A stretch of 58,209 nucleotides of DNA, the filler included, from Sphacelaria rigidula (taxonomy: Eukaryota), in NCBI GenBank assembly GCA_964200075.2. It is 7 parts of 7 records of this genome, joined end to end, with 100 filler letters (N's around TTAATTAATTAA, not from the genome) between each part and the next. Parts side by side here need not be neighbours in the genome. Positions count along the whole stretch, not along the records: positions 24,991 to 33,220 come from CAXNAA020011844.1; positions 33,321 to 41,550 come from CAXNAA020011845.1; 5 more parts are not named here. One strand, given 5' to 3'. The notes below the pieces were generated by a model. The model did no database searches and had not been told where the DNA came from. It saw nothing but the letters and a program-made list of their open reading frames with translations. Of the stretch, positions 26,237 through 39,004 are shown one piece after another (within the stretch, counting starts at the first letter, position 1; each line of letters starts with the position of its first letter). The position numbers and the translations under genes are program-made.

Positions 26237-26955
26237 TACGGTCATCTCGTCTCGACTGTTTGTCAACGGCCCATCGCCCTTGAGGGGCACACAGGCTACG
26301 GATGCTATTTCTGTCTATCCCCAGAGTTATGCAATAATATGTCGACACAAATAGCAAATTATTACTGCGATCTTTACAACACATTTCGACAGAACATAGG
26401 CGGTACAGGAGGTGCGGCTGTAATGCGGTCCGTCAACGTGGATGTCGTTCCCACGTACGTTTCACTCACGCCCGTCCGACAGTTTGAAACACCGATTGAT
26501 TTGAACACAGAGTTTTTAGGTCGAAACGACAATATCACAGCGACGATATCGCAAACCACCCCCAGTTTCTAAGCGTTCACTTCACTCTAGACTGTTTGCC
26601 AATGTCAAGTCCTGTCGGTGACGAGGTCGGTGCTGCCCTGATACTGCCGAGAACTCATCATCTACGGATGTACGCCACAACCTCTGTTTTTTCGCCGCTC
26701 CCCCCTCCCCCCTCGAGAAAGGTCGAACCACCGCAGGTGTTCGTTCTGGTACTCGTCAAAACGGTAGATAACGGGCATGATATCTGCCAAACGGACGGAG
26801 AGCGCGCCGGAGAGAAATCGCCCTCCTCTCCGGTGTCTTTCAATTGTTATTTCCTTGCTTGTTACACTTGAAAGCTTTTTGAACAAGCAGTGAAAACACT
26901 CGTCGCTTGTTTGTTTGCTTTGCTTGTGGATCTGGTCACCCACGCCACCTCACAG

Positions 26956-29900
26956 GGAAGGGCAGAATGCCAGTCGGCGATCGACGACGTTTTGACCAAC
27001 GTGTTGCCGGTGGCTTCCATCCCGCCGCGATCGTCATCATCCGCCAGTGTCATCACCACCGCGGCAGCAGGAAGCGGGGTGAGCGCGGACACGGCGATAG
27101 ACTGCTCAGGTATGTGCGTGTGTGTGTTTCGTTTCAAGAAGCACCGAGGACGGTACTCTGGATGAGTGATCACTGAGTATTGCCGGCAATCGATACCCTG
27201 ATGAGTACCGTGGAGTACTGTGTACCTCAACCCTTGAAACGCAGGGTCCCTCGCCGTACGTACCCTCTGAGTCATGCTACGGTAAGGGTTTCACGATTGG
27301 GCCCAGATGTTTCTCATTCAAAGACGCCTAAAGTTGGGAGCTACACAAGCACATGGATCAGTATGTACGTTGCCGTTTTCAAATTCACCTGGGATGTATA
27401 AATATATACATATATATATATATATGACTATCCCATCGAAAATGCTAATTGTGGCCTGCTCTCTCACATATTCCACGAAGTCATTTTTTCGATGAGACAG
27501 AGAGCTCCCAAAGCAAGTCAAACCCTACCTCAACAAACATTTGTGCACCCCTACGGCAGCACCGTATAACACCGCTGGTCATTTGACTACGACGTGCAAG
27601 ATCATGAGTACACTCCTTCCTGTGGTACCACTCCTACCCTAACCGCCTGGTTTGATCCCCCCCCCCCCTAATTTTGAAGATCAAAACGACGTAACAGTCG
27701 ACGGATTTTGGGAGTGGTGATGGTAAGGACACGACGCTTGACGATGTGCAGCTCGACAGTTTTGCATAAGAAAACTACGAACTCGTCTCGATGGCAGGGG
27801 AGGGGAGGGGAAGGGGCTTACACAGTTGCGACGAGGCAGGAATGACGAGCACTTCCGGTACCCTACCAAACTAGGCCAAGGCCCATCCCGCGTGTTGAGC
27901 AGTAGTAGTACTGTCTTAATATTGAGATAAGTGCTGTAGACTAAGTGTGGTGACCAACGAGAGAGAGGGCCTAAGGGAAACTATGAGGGTTTGGTGGAAG
28001 GGAAAACCGTTACACATTCTTGAGGTACGCCAACGACACACATCGTCTTGGAGAAGCCGTACCACTAGCTATCCTGATGGCGTCAGGTGGTACCGAACAT
28101 GACCAACAGGGTGTGTTTTCCCTCACCGGCCGGGCCTATGCCCCCTTCGGCTCGCCCGAATGTGAATACAACCAGCAAATATTTCACGCATCTTCATTTT
28201 GCGCAATCGCTCTTTTAACCCTGTATTCGTCAAGAACATGCTTGAGAGAACATGATCATTATTGACAGATGTGTGCACGAGTGTGTGCCCAAGCTCAAAA
28301 TTCGACAGAGTTGAACCGCTCCACCCCTCACCCACAGTTTACAAAACAAATCCTTCCCCCACTAAAACAAACGTGGCGGGCCGGAAAGAATCTCTTGTGT
28401 GCAAGACACGCAGCGGAGAGTAGATATTGCTGTTACTCTTGCAAAACAATACCCGCGCTAGCGCTGCCGTCAAAAGCGCTTCGTCTTCTGCCCCGGGTGT
28501 GACCTGTTCCAATACCATCGCGGCCCCCGCCCCCCCGCCCCCCCCCCTTTCGTTCACCCTTCTGACCCCGACCCTCGACCCGCCCTTTCCCCCGCCGCTC
28601 ACCCCCCCTGCTTCCTCCCTACCCCACCCGTCCGCCTCGAAGAATGTTCCACGCTCCCACGACGCCCGACCCTCCCCCGGCGCCCACCCGCGTCGAGCGA
28701 CATGGCGATCGACCCGCTGGGGGTCGAGCTAGGCGCAGTAGGGCTGGAGGGTGGACCGATTCCGTCTCCTCAAACCTTTGCGCCCACTTTGGCGTCGACT
28801 TCTTCTCCGCGATCTGGTTCTTCTGGCAGCGTATTTGCTAGTGCTTCCCATTACCAAAATCACGGCCATCACCATCAGCATAACGTATCTCAGGATGGCA
28901 GCGTCGGCGACGCTCACGCCGTAGGCGAAGGCGTTGGCACTGGGAGTGGGGAAGCGGGGGGGGCGGCGACCGGGACGGGATTGGGCTCGGGGTTGAAGAG
29001 ACGAGGGTCTATGTTTGTCGAGCGGATAGGAATCAATCGGATCCCGGACAGGGCGTGGACGATCGCGCTCGATTACCTCGAGCTCGGAGAGGTGAGCTTG
29101 GTTGATGGGGGAGGGGGACCCCCTGTTTTGTGTAGGGGCGGCGGGGGGCGGTTGCTTGTCAAATGTTTGCGCATGTTTTGCCTGATTGATTAACGATTCA
29201 TTAATTGCTTGTAGCATGTTAACCGCGGCCCGAGACATGCAGCAACCATGGTCATTAGATGAAGGATGAGCGTACCCAAGGTAAACAAAATCGGAGCTGT
29301 GTGTGTTTTGGCCTTTTTTCAATCCCCTTCGGCTGAATATTTGTTGGTGTTTTCTCTCGGGATCAATCAAGGATGAATTCATGCTCGGGGGTCATTCAAT
29401 GTGAGACAATCAATCAACCGATCAATTGTGTAGCGGAGGCCGTTGGGTGGATGGACTCCAAGGTCGATCGAGACCTCCCGCAAATATGATGTGAAAACCG
29501 TGATTGATGGTCTTGATTGAAAACATTTTTACGTGAGCCAGAGGTGGTGGAAGCAAGGAATGCGTTGCACACAGTCGGACAGCTCATGAGCTACCTGAGC
29601 GTTACTTCCTATTAGTGTAGTGATCTGGATCATGAGCTAGATCATGTGGCCCCTTCTCCCATATTTTTTCCCCCTACAGCGCTGGATGGCCGAGCACGCG
29701 GAGGCAGCGCTTCAGATTCTCGGACCCCGCTGTCGCTAGGCTTTCACGTATTATGCTAGCACGATTTTACTTAATAGCGACCTCACATTATTTCCAAGAT
29801 AAACGAAGTCTTCAAAAACCGTGCCAGCATAATAGTAAAAGCCTAGCTGTCGCGTATATTGTGTCCTTGGACAAGGGATCTGACACAGTCCTCTTCGAAG

Positions 29901-30781
29901 TAGTTATTTCGACAGAGGCGCGCTGATCAGTTGCCGTTGCTGTAAATTTTGTCACGGCGTTGACGCGTCAAGCGGTGGTATTGTTCCAAAAAAGGGGCCT
30001 GGCGCTCGGAACGGTAAAAGTTGGATGTGTTGTGACCATGCGTGCAGTCCATGGGCTTCTCGTACAACTTATGCCACGATGGATTTTATCTTCAGTGCCC
30101 TTCCCCAAGAGACGGTGATGATACGGATATCGCTTCTTTTTTTCTTTTCATCAGCCGCACTTGGCCATTATCTTCTAGTAAGGGCTTGCGTTTCAGTCGG
30201 CTTGTTTAATGTTTTTGTGGATTCCTCAGCTTTGGCCATACAAGGGTTTTACCACACTGCGCACTCTTGTCATGAGCCTGTGGGGTCGCGTGAGCACCCG
30301 AAAACCATAACTTCATGTGAAGTTTGGTAAAGGATATCATTACTTACTTTTTTTTTTTCATCTTTTCTTGCTGATATTTCTTGTTTCCCGTGAAGTATCT
30401 TGAATTTACATGTTCATTCATGCCCATCGGCAGGTAGCGAGCGCACAGACGTGTATGTATCAGCGTTCATGAAACATGCTAGTCTTCTATTCTCTTTTTG
30501 AATAAATTCGCTTCTTTTTTTTTCCGGCGGCGGTGCGGAAATGGTCATGATCATCATCACTATAGACAACAACAAAACGACTACTATACGACTACTATAC
30601 GACTATAATTACGTCATCATGAACAGGGGATGCGATGCCGGCAGCTAGGAAGAGCCTTCCGAGACACGGTGGAGGCTTCTCTGTCCGTCCTGGCGTTGTC
30701 TGGGGTGAACGGCATCACCTGGGCCACGCCGAGCAACTTGGCTTTCCTTACTCGTTTCAAGAACGTCCGGACATTGCACTG
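26956..30781 (+). CDS. Partial multi-exon F-box (probably F-box/LRR) protein gene
   Basis: Phase-consistent exons 26956-27109, 28643-29091, 30627-30781. Spliced INRIPDRAWTIALDYLELGE|GMRCRQLGRAFRDTV is F-box-like, followed by LAFLTRFKNVRTLH (LRR-like); further LRR-like but frame-disrupted pieces to ~31110. Confidence 0.7.
27690..28014. mobile_element. Possible solo LTR
   Basis: Ends (C)GTAACAGT … ACCGTTACA form a short inverted TG..CA-like pair; no TSD found. Confidence 0.3.
29737..29845. mobile_element. 109-bp hAT-type MITE
   Basis: TIRs TAGGCTTTCACGTATTATGCTAGCACG / CGTGCCAGCATAATAGTAAAAGCCTA; perfect 8-bp TSD GCTGTCGC. Confidence 0.9.
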
Positions 30782-31724
30782 GTGAGAGGGTGGTAGGGAA
30801 AAATAAAAGAGAGAAAGAGCTGAGGATCCACGCCCGGATGAGTAGGGTGACTCGTGTACAGGATCGAGCTGGGGGACATCGAAGGAGGTTCGGTTGGTGA
30901 GGAAAGCCCTACCTAAATGAGGAAGAGGGGTACTTTCAAGTCTGAGGCTACCTGGCTGGGGGGGCACTTCCACCGTGGTGCCTACCCATACATCCGGCCC
31001 TCAACGATTACTCGGGCCAAGGGCTGGGTACGGAAGATACGGCGGGTGAAGCGCACTCGAATGCGCTGCACGAACTAGAGATAGCGAAGTGCATCCTACC
31101 TGTCTCCTGGGGACAGGAAAAAAAAAGGGACAAAGAGAGACACTGCCCGACATATGAACACTGACAGGGGTATTTTATCGATATGTTGTGCACTGATGTA
31201 TTTCTCCCTGTTCTTTTCCCGAATAATCACTCGTTTTTAAAGTGGACTTTTGATTGATTTATGAGCATTATACCTCAGTTATTACCCGAAACCTATTCGA
31301 TCCCCCCCCCCCCCCCCCTTCCCCCCACCGCAGCCTGGTCCGGTGAGAACCCGGCGTGCCCCGTCCCGGCTTTGTAGGAGCGGACCCCCGCTGGGGTTGG
31401 TCTCGGTTGGCGATGACGCCGTAAAACCCGCCTCTCACTACGTAAGCTAGGCAACCAGGTTACCGATTTTTTTGCGCGCTTGCGTTTTTTTTTGCGGTAA
31501 CCATGATGGTGGTCAAGCTAGATCATATTGTGCGGGATGGAGAAACTCAACTCTCCGCAATGAGGATGATCGTACTACGTAGTTTTTGAAGGGTGAGACA
31601 CCCATGAGGCAGTGTGTTGACCGTGGCTGTCTCTAGGAGTGACGATGCCAGAAAATAAAGTAACTGGTTGTAGGCTGTCATTAGCATGCTAGATAATCAG
31701 TAGGCTTCGGGCCGAGCAATCTTA

Positions 31725-33173
31725 CATACGTCGGACGAGCACGAGTGTGACTCGTGGCACTCGCACTCGTTGGGCTGCCCGTTGGCCGTAAAAGTTAATA
31801 GCGCGAGCACTCGAGTCATCGCTCGTTGTGGGAAAAATGAATAGGGCGAGCACTCGAGTCATCGCTCGTTGTGGAAAAAATTATAGGGCGAGCACTCGAG
31901 TCATCGCTCGTTGGGAAAAAAAATCATAGGGCGAGCACTCGAGTCATTGCTCGTTGTGGAAACAAATTAATAGGGCGAGCACACGAGTCATTGCTCGTTG
32001 GGGAAAAAAATCATGGGGCGAGCACTCGAGTCATTTCTTGTTCTGGAAAAAAGTTATAGAGCGAGCACTAGAGTCACTGCTGGTTCTGGGAAAAGTGAAT
32101 TGGGCGAGCACTCGAGTCATTGCTCGCGATGAACGACTTCAGTGGAGGAGTCAGCAACCCCACGAGCAAATAATTATAAGGAGTTCTTCGACGATCTTGA
32201 ACCAAGAATCTTCAAGTTCCTATGCATATCTACACATGTACAAGCTTCAACCGCAAACACAGGTGTCCAAGTGCTTGCCTGTGCGACTGGCGAAACTTGA
32301 CGACTTGGATGTATCCATCGTCGCGGGAGCTAAATACGGGAGATATGTAGTTCCGTTAGGGGCGGACACCCCAGGGGCCGGGGCGGGGGTAGAAGAAGCT
32401 AAGATACAGACACCTTGACAGATGTCCGTTGGTGGTTATTTTACTGAACGGTTTTGTGGTGGACGGAGCCACGGTTGTCTCGTCCAAGTAGGTCTCTGCG
32501 CCCCCATTTTTCTTGCAGAGCAATGATCGATTTGAAAAGGGGTGCGTATTTCGCTTGAGACTCATTTCCCCACGATCGTGTGTTTGCGGTAGGTGTCCAT
32601 TTGTGTTATTTTCCCGTAAAAATGATGCTGCAGAGGCCTCACTGGTCATTTAACTTGAAAATAACACAACTGAACACCTGCCGCAAACACACCATGGTGG
32701 GGAAGAGTGCCACGAACATACCATCCAAAGGGGTTAGTACGATTTGTAGGGGTCACAATATTACCAAATCCTACCGTTTGTTCACCAGGCTTTCACCATG
32801 TCTCGCGCCTCCCTCGTTCATCACTTCAGTAATTGATGATGAGTCCTTGGGTTGTCCAGAAAAGACACAAGCAAGCGGGTCATTGCTCGTTGTGGAAAAA
32901 GTTAATAGGGCGAGCGCTCGAGTCACTGCTCGTTGGGGAAAAAAATTAATAGGGCAAGCACTCGAGTCATTGCTCGTTGTGGAAATAAATGAATAGGGCG
33001 AGCGCTCGAGTCATTGCTCGTTGGGGAAAAAAATTAATAGGGCGAGCACTCGAGTCATTACTCGTTGTGGAAATAAATTAATAGGGCGAACGCTCGAGTC
33101 GCTGCTCGTTGTGTTTTGGAAAAACACCCACGAGTGCACTCGTCTGAACGAGTAATGACTCGTCCGACCTGTG
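31725..33173. mobile_element. Non-autonomous TIR element (8-bp TSD; hAT- or P-like) built from ~43-bp palindromic tandem repeats, copy 1
   Basis: TIRs CATACGTCGGACGAG / CTCGTCCGACCTGTG, perfect TSD CAATCTTA (31717-24, 33174-81); splits a SINE copy. Unit AATAGGGCGAGCACTCGAGTCATTGCTCGTTGTGG(A)n, ~8 left and ~5-6 right of a ~750-bp insert. Confidence 0.92.
32560..32708. ncRNA. Candidate miRNA-like hairpin (~65-bp imperfect stem, 20-nt loop)
   Basis: TTCCCCACGATCGTGTGTTTGCGGTAGGTGTCCATTTGTGTTATTTTC pairs with GAAAATAACACAACTGAACACCTGCCGCAAACACACCATGGTGGGGAA; the hairpin is clear, expression is unknown. Confidence 0.35.
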
Positions 33174-33369
33174 CAATCTTAGCAGGATGCAGCTCACCCT
33201 TCATGCGACTCCCCGAACACNNNNNNNNNNNNNNNNNNNNNNNNNNNNNNNNNNNNNNNNNNNNTTAATTAATTAANNNNNNNNNNNNNNNNNNNNNNNN
33301 NNNNNNNNNNNNNNNNNNNNATCATCGCCTCCGTGCATGTTTTTGGCCGGTTTGGGGGGGGGGCTATTT

Positions 33370-33572
33370 CGGCAGCAGTCCGACGGACCTTTCACCCCCA
33401 CGAGGGTGCCGCAAGGCGTGCTCAACGCTACCGGATATTTTCAACATATAGTGATGGGAATGTTGACTGGACTCGACTGCAAGGTATGGGTTGACGATAT
33501 TTTGCGGTGGGGAAAAGATGAGGATGACTTGCTGCGCACGCTGGATGCGGTTTTGTACCGATTGGAAGACGT
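33370..33572 (+). mobile_element. Ty3/Gypsy reverse transcriptase fragment
   Basis: FTPTRVPQGVLNATGYFQ…CKVWVDDIL…LDAVLYRLEDV; homology breaks where the Copia terminus begins. Confidence 0.85.
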
Positions 33573-33631
33573 AAAGGCTGAATCTCCTACTCGGCGCAAG
33601 GGTCTGTGTTTGAGAAAGGTCGTGGGACCTC

Positions 33632-33855
33632 TGTTGTTGAATTGATCCCCTTGTTGATGAATGTATATTATACTCTTCACCCAAAACGCAAAAAGCCAAA
33701 AAGTGTACTGCCAAAAAGGGGGCGGGGTCAATCATGAAAAACCTGTTGTTGAATTGATTCCCTTCTTGATGAATCTATATTATACTCTCCACCCAAAACG
33801 CAAAAAGCCGAAAAGTGTACTGCCAAAAAGGGGGCGGGGTCAATCATGAAAAACC
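33632..33855. repeat. 112-bp tandem duplication inside the putative Copia LTR
   Basis: TGTTGTTGAATTGAT…GGGGCGGGGTCAATCATGAAAAACC at 33632 and 33744. Confidence 0.9.
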
Positions 33856-34787
33856 ACTCATGCATAAATAACACGTCAGAGCCAGATTCTTTGGCCACGC
33901 GATTGGGCGTGTGCCTCTCAGTAGAGTTTTGCTGCAACTAACACATCGGGTATACCCTTAATAAAATAAATATATCTTTTATTTGACCTTCACGCATATG
34001 TCATGATTCGATCACAATATCCATTTCCCACGCATCCAGGCCTGTTTACATGTATCCATCATTGAGTGTGAGTATATTCGATCAGCCTTCCTACTCACGG
34101 CTCAACTCTACTAAATTCTCAAGTCTCATACTCTCATATTCGATTAGCCCTCCGACCCATGACCTAATTTTACCTATGTCTCACACCCTACTAGACAATA
34201 TTCAATCGTCCCACCCGTGTACAGACATACGGTAACGTCATCTACTTAGCAAACTGAAACTCCTCCCTTTAGTCATTTTCCTTAATACGTCATGACATAC
34301 TCATGCTCTTCATCCATTCCATCACGCCTTTCAGTACTGAAAAAGAATTCGGATTCAAATACTCAAATCATCGCAAACCAAAATGTCAAAAATCCCAGAA
34401 ATATGTTCAACAAAACAGGAAAATACATTAACCAAACGCAAAGTCGAAAACCAGTCCAGTTTCCGATATTTGCTGTGGCAACGTTTGGTGCACTCGAAGT
34501 CCATTACTAAAAACCATTGAAATATTTTTGTCTGCAACAAAAAGTCAAATTTGGTCGTACCCGTCGAAGATCGAAATCCAACCCCAAAAACCATTGAAAA
34601 CTATTTTGTCTGCAACAAAAATCAAATCCGGCCGTTGTCGAGAATAAAGACAAATTCATGGCAAAATTGAAAATCTTGCAACCATGGCCTCGTACCCCTA
34701 CTTTTGGTGGATAAATGTCCCCGGAAACAAATCAAACCACCTCAAACGAAACCAATGTACCACTGTGTTGCAGACTCTACATAATAT

Positions 34788-37700
34788 TCATGACAATATT
34801 ACCGTGAAATCAAAAGACTCTGTCGGCAACACTTTAGTAGTGAGGAAATCTGCATGTTGATACTCCGATCTCACGTGAATAACCGAAACCTCATTCCTTC
34901 CAACCAACCCCCTGATAAAGTGATGCCGTACGTCGATGTGCTTGGGGTTGGAGTTCGTGATTGGGTTCTTCGCCAAGTAAATAGCTCCCTGATTATCCTC
35001 AAACACCGAGATGCATGGCATTCTCATCTGCGGCAACATGAAACGCCAAACATGTCTCAAAAACAATACCTCCTTCAGAATATCTATCATGGCAACGTAC
35101 TCTGCTTCCGTTGCGGACAGCGTCACACACTTTTGAGTCCTTGGAAACCAAGACACACATCTACCTCCACACATGACTAGCTGCCTTACTTGCGTAGTCA
35201 GCGTCTGCAAACACATGAAAGCTCAACCCCTGTATACTTCCTCTGCGAAACGAAATCCCCAGCGAACTTGTTCGCCTAACATACCCCAAAATACCAAGCG
35301 CAGCACGCCAATGAAGGTGTTTTGGTGAGGCACAGTACCTCGCTACTGCACGTACTGCGTTAGATATGTCTGGCCTCGTTTGAGTTGCCAGCCACATCAG
35401 TGACCCTATCAATTATCGAAACGGAAATTCCGTTGCCTGTTCTTCTACACTGAACTCCTCAAGCTTCGCACCAACAGCGATGGGGATACTCTTTCCCCAC
35501 TCTACTCCGGATTCCTCCGCCAACTCGTCTGCGTATGTTTGTTGTGAAAGTTGCAGAGTCTCCCTTGCAATATCTCTCTCATAGTACAGTCCAGAATACC
35601 AAAGCAAATCCCCGACGTTTTGAACTGGAACCATCGTGTTGAGATCTTTACCAAACTCGTCACACCTTTCCTTCTCTCCCACTGCGAATATATCATCTAC
35701 ATGTACTGCAATGGGGATAATCACCCTGCCATCCTCAATCAACCGAAACACACATGAATCCGCCAAGCACTGGTCAAATCCCAAAACAAATAAACATTCC
35801 GCCAGGTGATTATGCCACTGCCTACTTGCCTGTTCCAGTCCGTACAAACGTTTGTTGAGTCTTACTATTTCACCAGATAAGCCACCACAACCAAGGGGCA
35901 ACCGCATGAAAATATCCTCGTCAAACTCGGACTGTACAAAAGCTTGTTCGATATCAAAATGGCGCAACGCAAGATTTTGCTCACAAGCCAGAGTCGCCAA
36001 CAAACGTACGCTAGAAACTGCTACAGTGGGGGCATACAACTCTCCAAAATCTATGTTCTCCCTCTGCATATCTCCTCTTGCTACTAGTCTCGACTTTATC
36101 TTCGTGGGCCATCAAAACTCGTCCGCCTTCCAGTTATATACCCACTTTGCATGGATATAGTTGTCCACGAGTTGCTCTTCCGCTGAGTCTATCGTCCCCG
36201 CCTCCAGAATTCCCCGCCATTCTCGCCCCATCGAGTCCCTTCATAAATCACCGTACCGCCTGCGTGTATCCGTTGGGGACCTTGAGATGCTTTGCTGGAC
36301 AATGTGGGAGTTCCGGTGGGATGTGCGGCGGGCGCTGCTCACGCAAAGCGGTATCTATATCTTCACGCGTCGCTAGCCTCGTCGCGAGTCACATCGGTAT
36401 CCCCCCCGGGTCCCCCTTTCTCAACATCGTTGCCCCGTCGCCCGGCATGGACCACGCCGCGCGTGAGGAGAGCAGACAGCAAAGATTGCTTATCCATCTG
36501 CTGCATGAGTCCCCAGCTGTGGTGCAAGAGTGCAGCCTTGTCTGTCTTATATTGCGTCGACCCTGACCGCGTCCGCCCTGGCTGCCGGGGGTCTGTTTCC
36601 AGATCCAGCTCCTTCCTCACGTTGATTGGAAGCGGCGAGAAAAAATGGTCCATCACTTCGGGGGCGGATGATGCATCTTGCGACGCAGTCGAGGAAGATG
36701 CTGACGGTATCGGGGACGGGATCGGCGCCAAAGAGCCGGAGAAGATCGGCGGGGATGTCGGCGGCGATCGGTGCATCGACGGAGTGGACGGGTCCGTCGG
36801 CGGCGGTAGTACCGGCTGAGTCGGCGGAGTCGGCGGGCGCGGCGGCGGCAGGATTAGCTGAGTCGGCGGAGTCTGCTGGCGCGGCGGCGGCGGCGGCGGC
36901 GGCGGCTCGAACTCCACTATGTGATATGTCGGCGGGAGCAGCGGTGTGGCGACGGCGGCGGTGGTGCTGCCATGAACCTCTTCCCCCCCGACGATCGGCG
37001 TTGCCGACGACTGCAGTGGCACACGTGGTACCGTCCAGACAACGTTGTTGGTGTAGCAGACGGCACTGGTAGCAGCCTTCAGGACCTTGACCGTCGATGA
37101 AGAATGGTTACTGCCATTATTGAGGTAATAGCAGGCCACGGGCTAAGCATCCATTTTGCCTCGGCGGTTGACCCGCATCATGCTGGGTTGCAGAAACGGC
37201 ACAATCTGTAGCGGCGGGCGCTTACCGGCGAACACCTCATGCGGCGACAGTCTTCCCGGGTTCACCGTAGTAGTGGAACGATTGAACCCGTCCGCTGCCC
37301 ACACCGCGGCCTCCAGCCACAGGCGCTCCATGTTCTCCCCCAGGTGAGGTATGTCGTCGAAGCGGCACTCCGGGAACAGACGTCGCGCTTCGAGACGGGC
37401 GGCATGGCCCCCCTTCGTGACCCTCCAAATTGCATTTTCCACCACAGCGTTCTGCGTCGAAGTGTCAGGGGCAGTGTACTCACGACAAATCATTGCATCG
37501 TCGCAGAATGCGCCGAAATCGTTGGAGGTGAACTCGCCCCCGTTGTCCATGCGAAAACAACCGGGTGTACCAATGGAGCTGACGTCGGCGATGAAACGTT
37601 TCACCTTCGCCAGCGTGTCAGACTTACGTGCGAAGCCATAAAACATCATGAAGCGCGACTTGCTGTCGACGCAGCCCAGCATATGGGCTGATGCGCCCAA

Positions 37701-39004
37701 AGTACGAGGGTGTGGACCGGTGAGGTCGAGATGCACCCTGCCAAGTACAGTCGTTGCCCTCGTTCCCAGTCTTCGCGGAATACCTGCTCGCTGCCCCTTC
37801 GCTTCCAAACACCCAGCACACCGCGCCAGTACCCCCGTCAATAAAATGCCCCGTTGTTTTGCAGTTTCTCTGAGTAACATCTCATGAAGGTGGGGGAGGG
37901 AAACGTGGAAACCATCAGTATCGACTTCTTGCGTTGGGTTTCCAACTGAAAATGGGTGAGGGCTGGGGGCAAGAACAACAAGGGCCGTCCCGTTTTTAGC
38001 CAAAACTCCCATTCCTTCACTCAGAAAAAGCGGAAGTAAATCTTGGGGGGGGTAGTGTCAAATCCAGGCATCAGGGCTTCATCCTTGAATACACTCAAGT
38101 TTGGACAGTGAAGCCCTCGGACTGCACGGAGGGAAGCAACACCAGTCGTGGGAGCTGTAACAACGCTTGCCGGTGAAGCGGACTGGAAACCAACAGTTAA
38201 AGTTACCACGTTCGCCGGAGGAACGGACTGGACACGAACGCTTGGGGGAGGGGCAGTTGCAACGCTTGCCGGTGAAGCGGGCTGTACTCCAACAGTTGAA
38301 CTTACCACGTTCGCCGGAGGAACGGACTGGACACGAACGCTTGGGGGAGGGGCACTTACAACGCTTGCCGGTGAAGCGGGCTGTACTCTAACAGTTGAAC
38401 TTACCACGTTCGCCGGAGGAACGGACTGGACACGAACGCTTGGGGGAGGGGCACTTACAACACTTACAGCTGGTACGGCAAGTGGGGGGTTCTCATATGT
38501 TAACGGTAAACGTGTGGCCCTTTGTGACGAAGACCGCTCATTGCGATCGAAGCGAAGCCTACCGTCAAACATATGTACTCCTGTTTCACTCAAGAGTACA
38601 TCATGCTTCTTTTGCACTTGGTGCAGAGAAAAAAGGTTGAAGTGTATACCTTCAAGTACATAAACGTCAGTCAATTGCACGCAAAATTCCGAGGACGCAC
38701 CGATAGATGTCGGGCAGGTGGAATGCCCCATGTGGAATTTGAGCTTCAAACTCCCTACTGCTCTGACGGGGAGAATTGTTCCGTTTCCCACAATCACGTG
38801 CTCATTTCCTCTGGGGGGGGGATGTAAATCAAACATACCAACCATTGACCCAGTGGTATGGTGTGAAGCACCATTATCACTTATCCACTCCTCTGTACCA
38901 TGATCCATATCAAACCCTGACCCACTCTGGTTAAGCAAAGCAACCCTCGAAGTAAAATCACCCAACTCAAAACGTGACTCGCCTTGGGGCACAGAATGTG
39001 CCAT
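34788..39004 (-). pseudogene. Copia pol (protease, integrase, RT, RNase H) broken by stops and frameshifts
   Basis: ORFs 38021-39004, 37143-38012, 36363-37139, 35413-36069, 35161-35412, 34788-35216; in-frame stops at 37143 and 35413. Confidence 0.92.
38158..38460 (-). repeat. 3 x 99-bp in-frame coding repeat in Copia pol
   Basis: CAACGCTTGCCGGTGAAGCGG at 38161, 38260, 38359; encodes APPPSVRVQSVPPANVVSSTVxVQPASPASVV. Confidence 0.95.

Noticed and set aside
27198..27255. Hammerhead ribozyme (CTGATGA…GAAAC)
   Set aside because: Stem II is not closed next to GAAA and stems I/III cannot be formed convincingly.
31797..33110. CRISPR array
   Set aside because: Repeats are separated by short A-runs, not unique spacers; they are enclosed by TIRs and a TSD; no cas genes; eukaryotic context.
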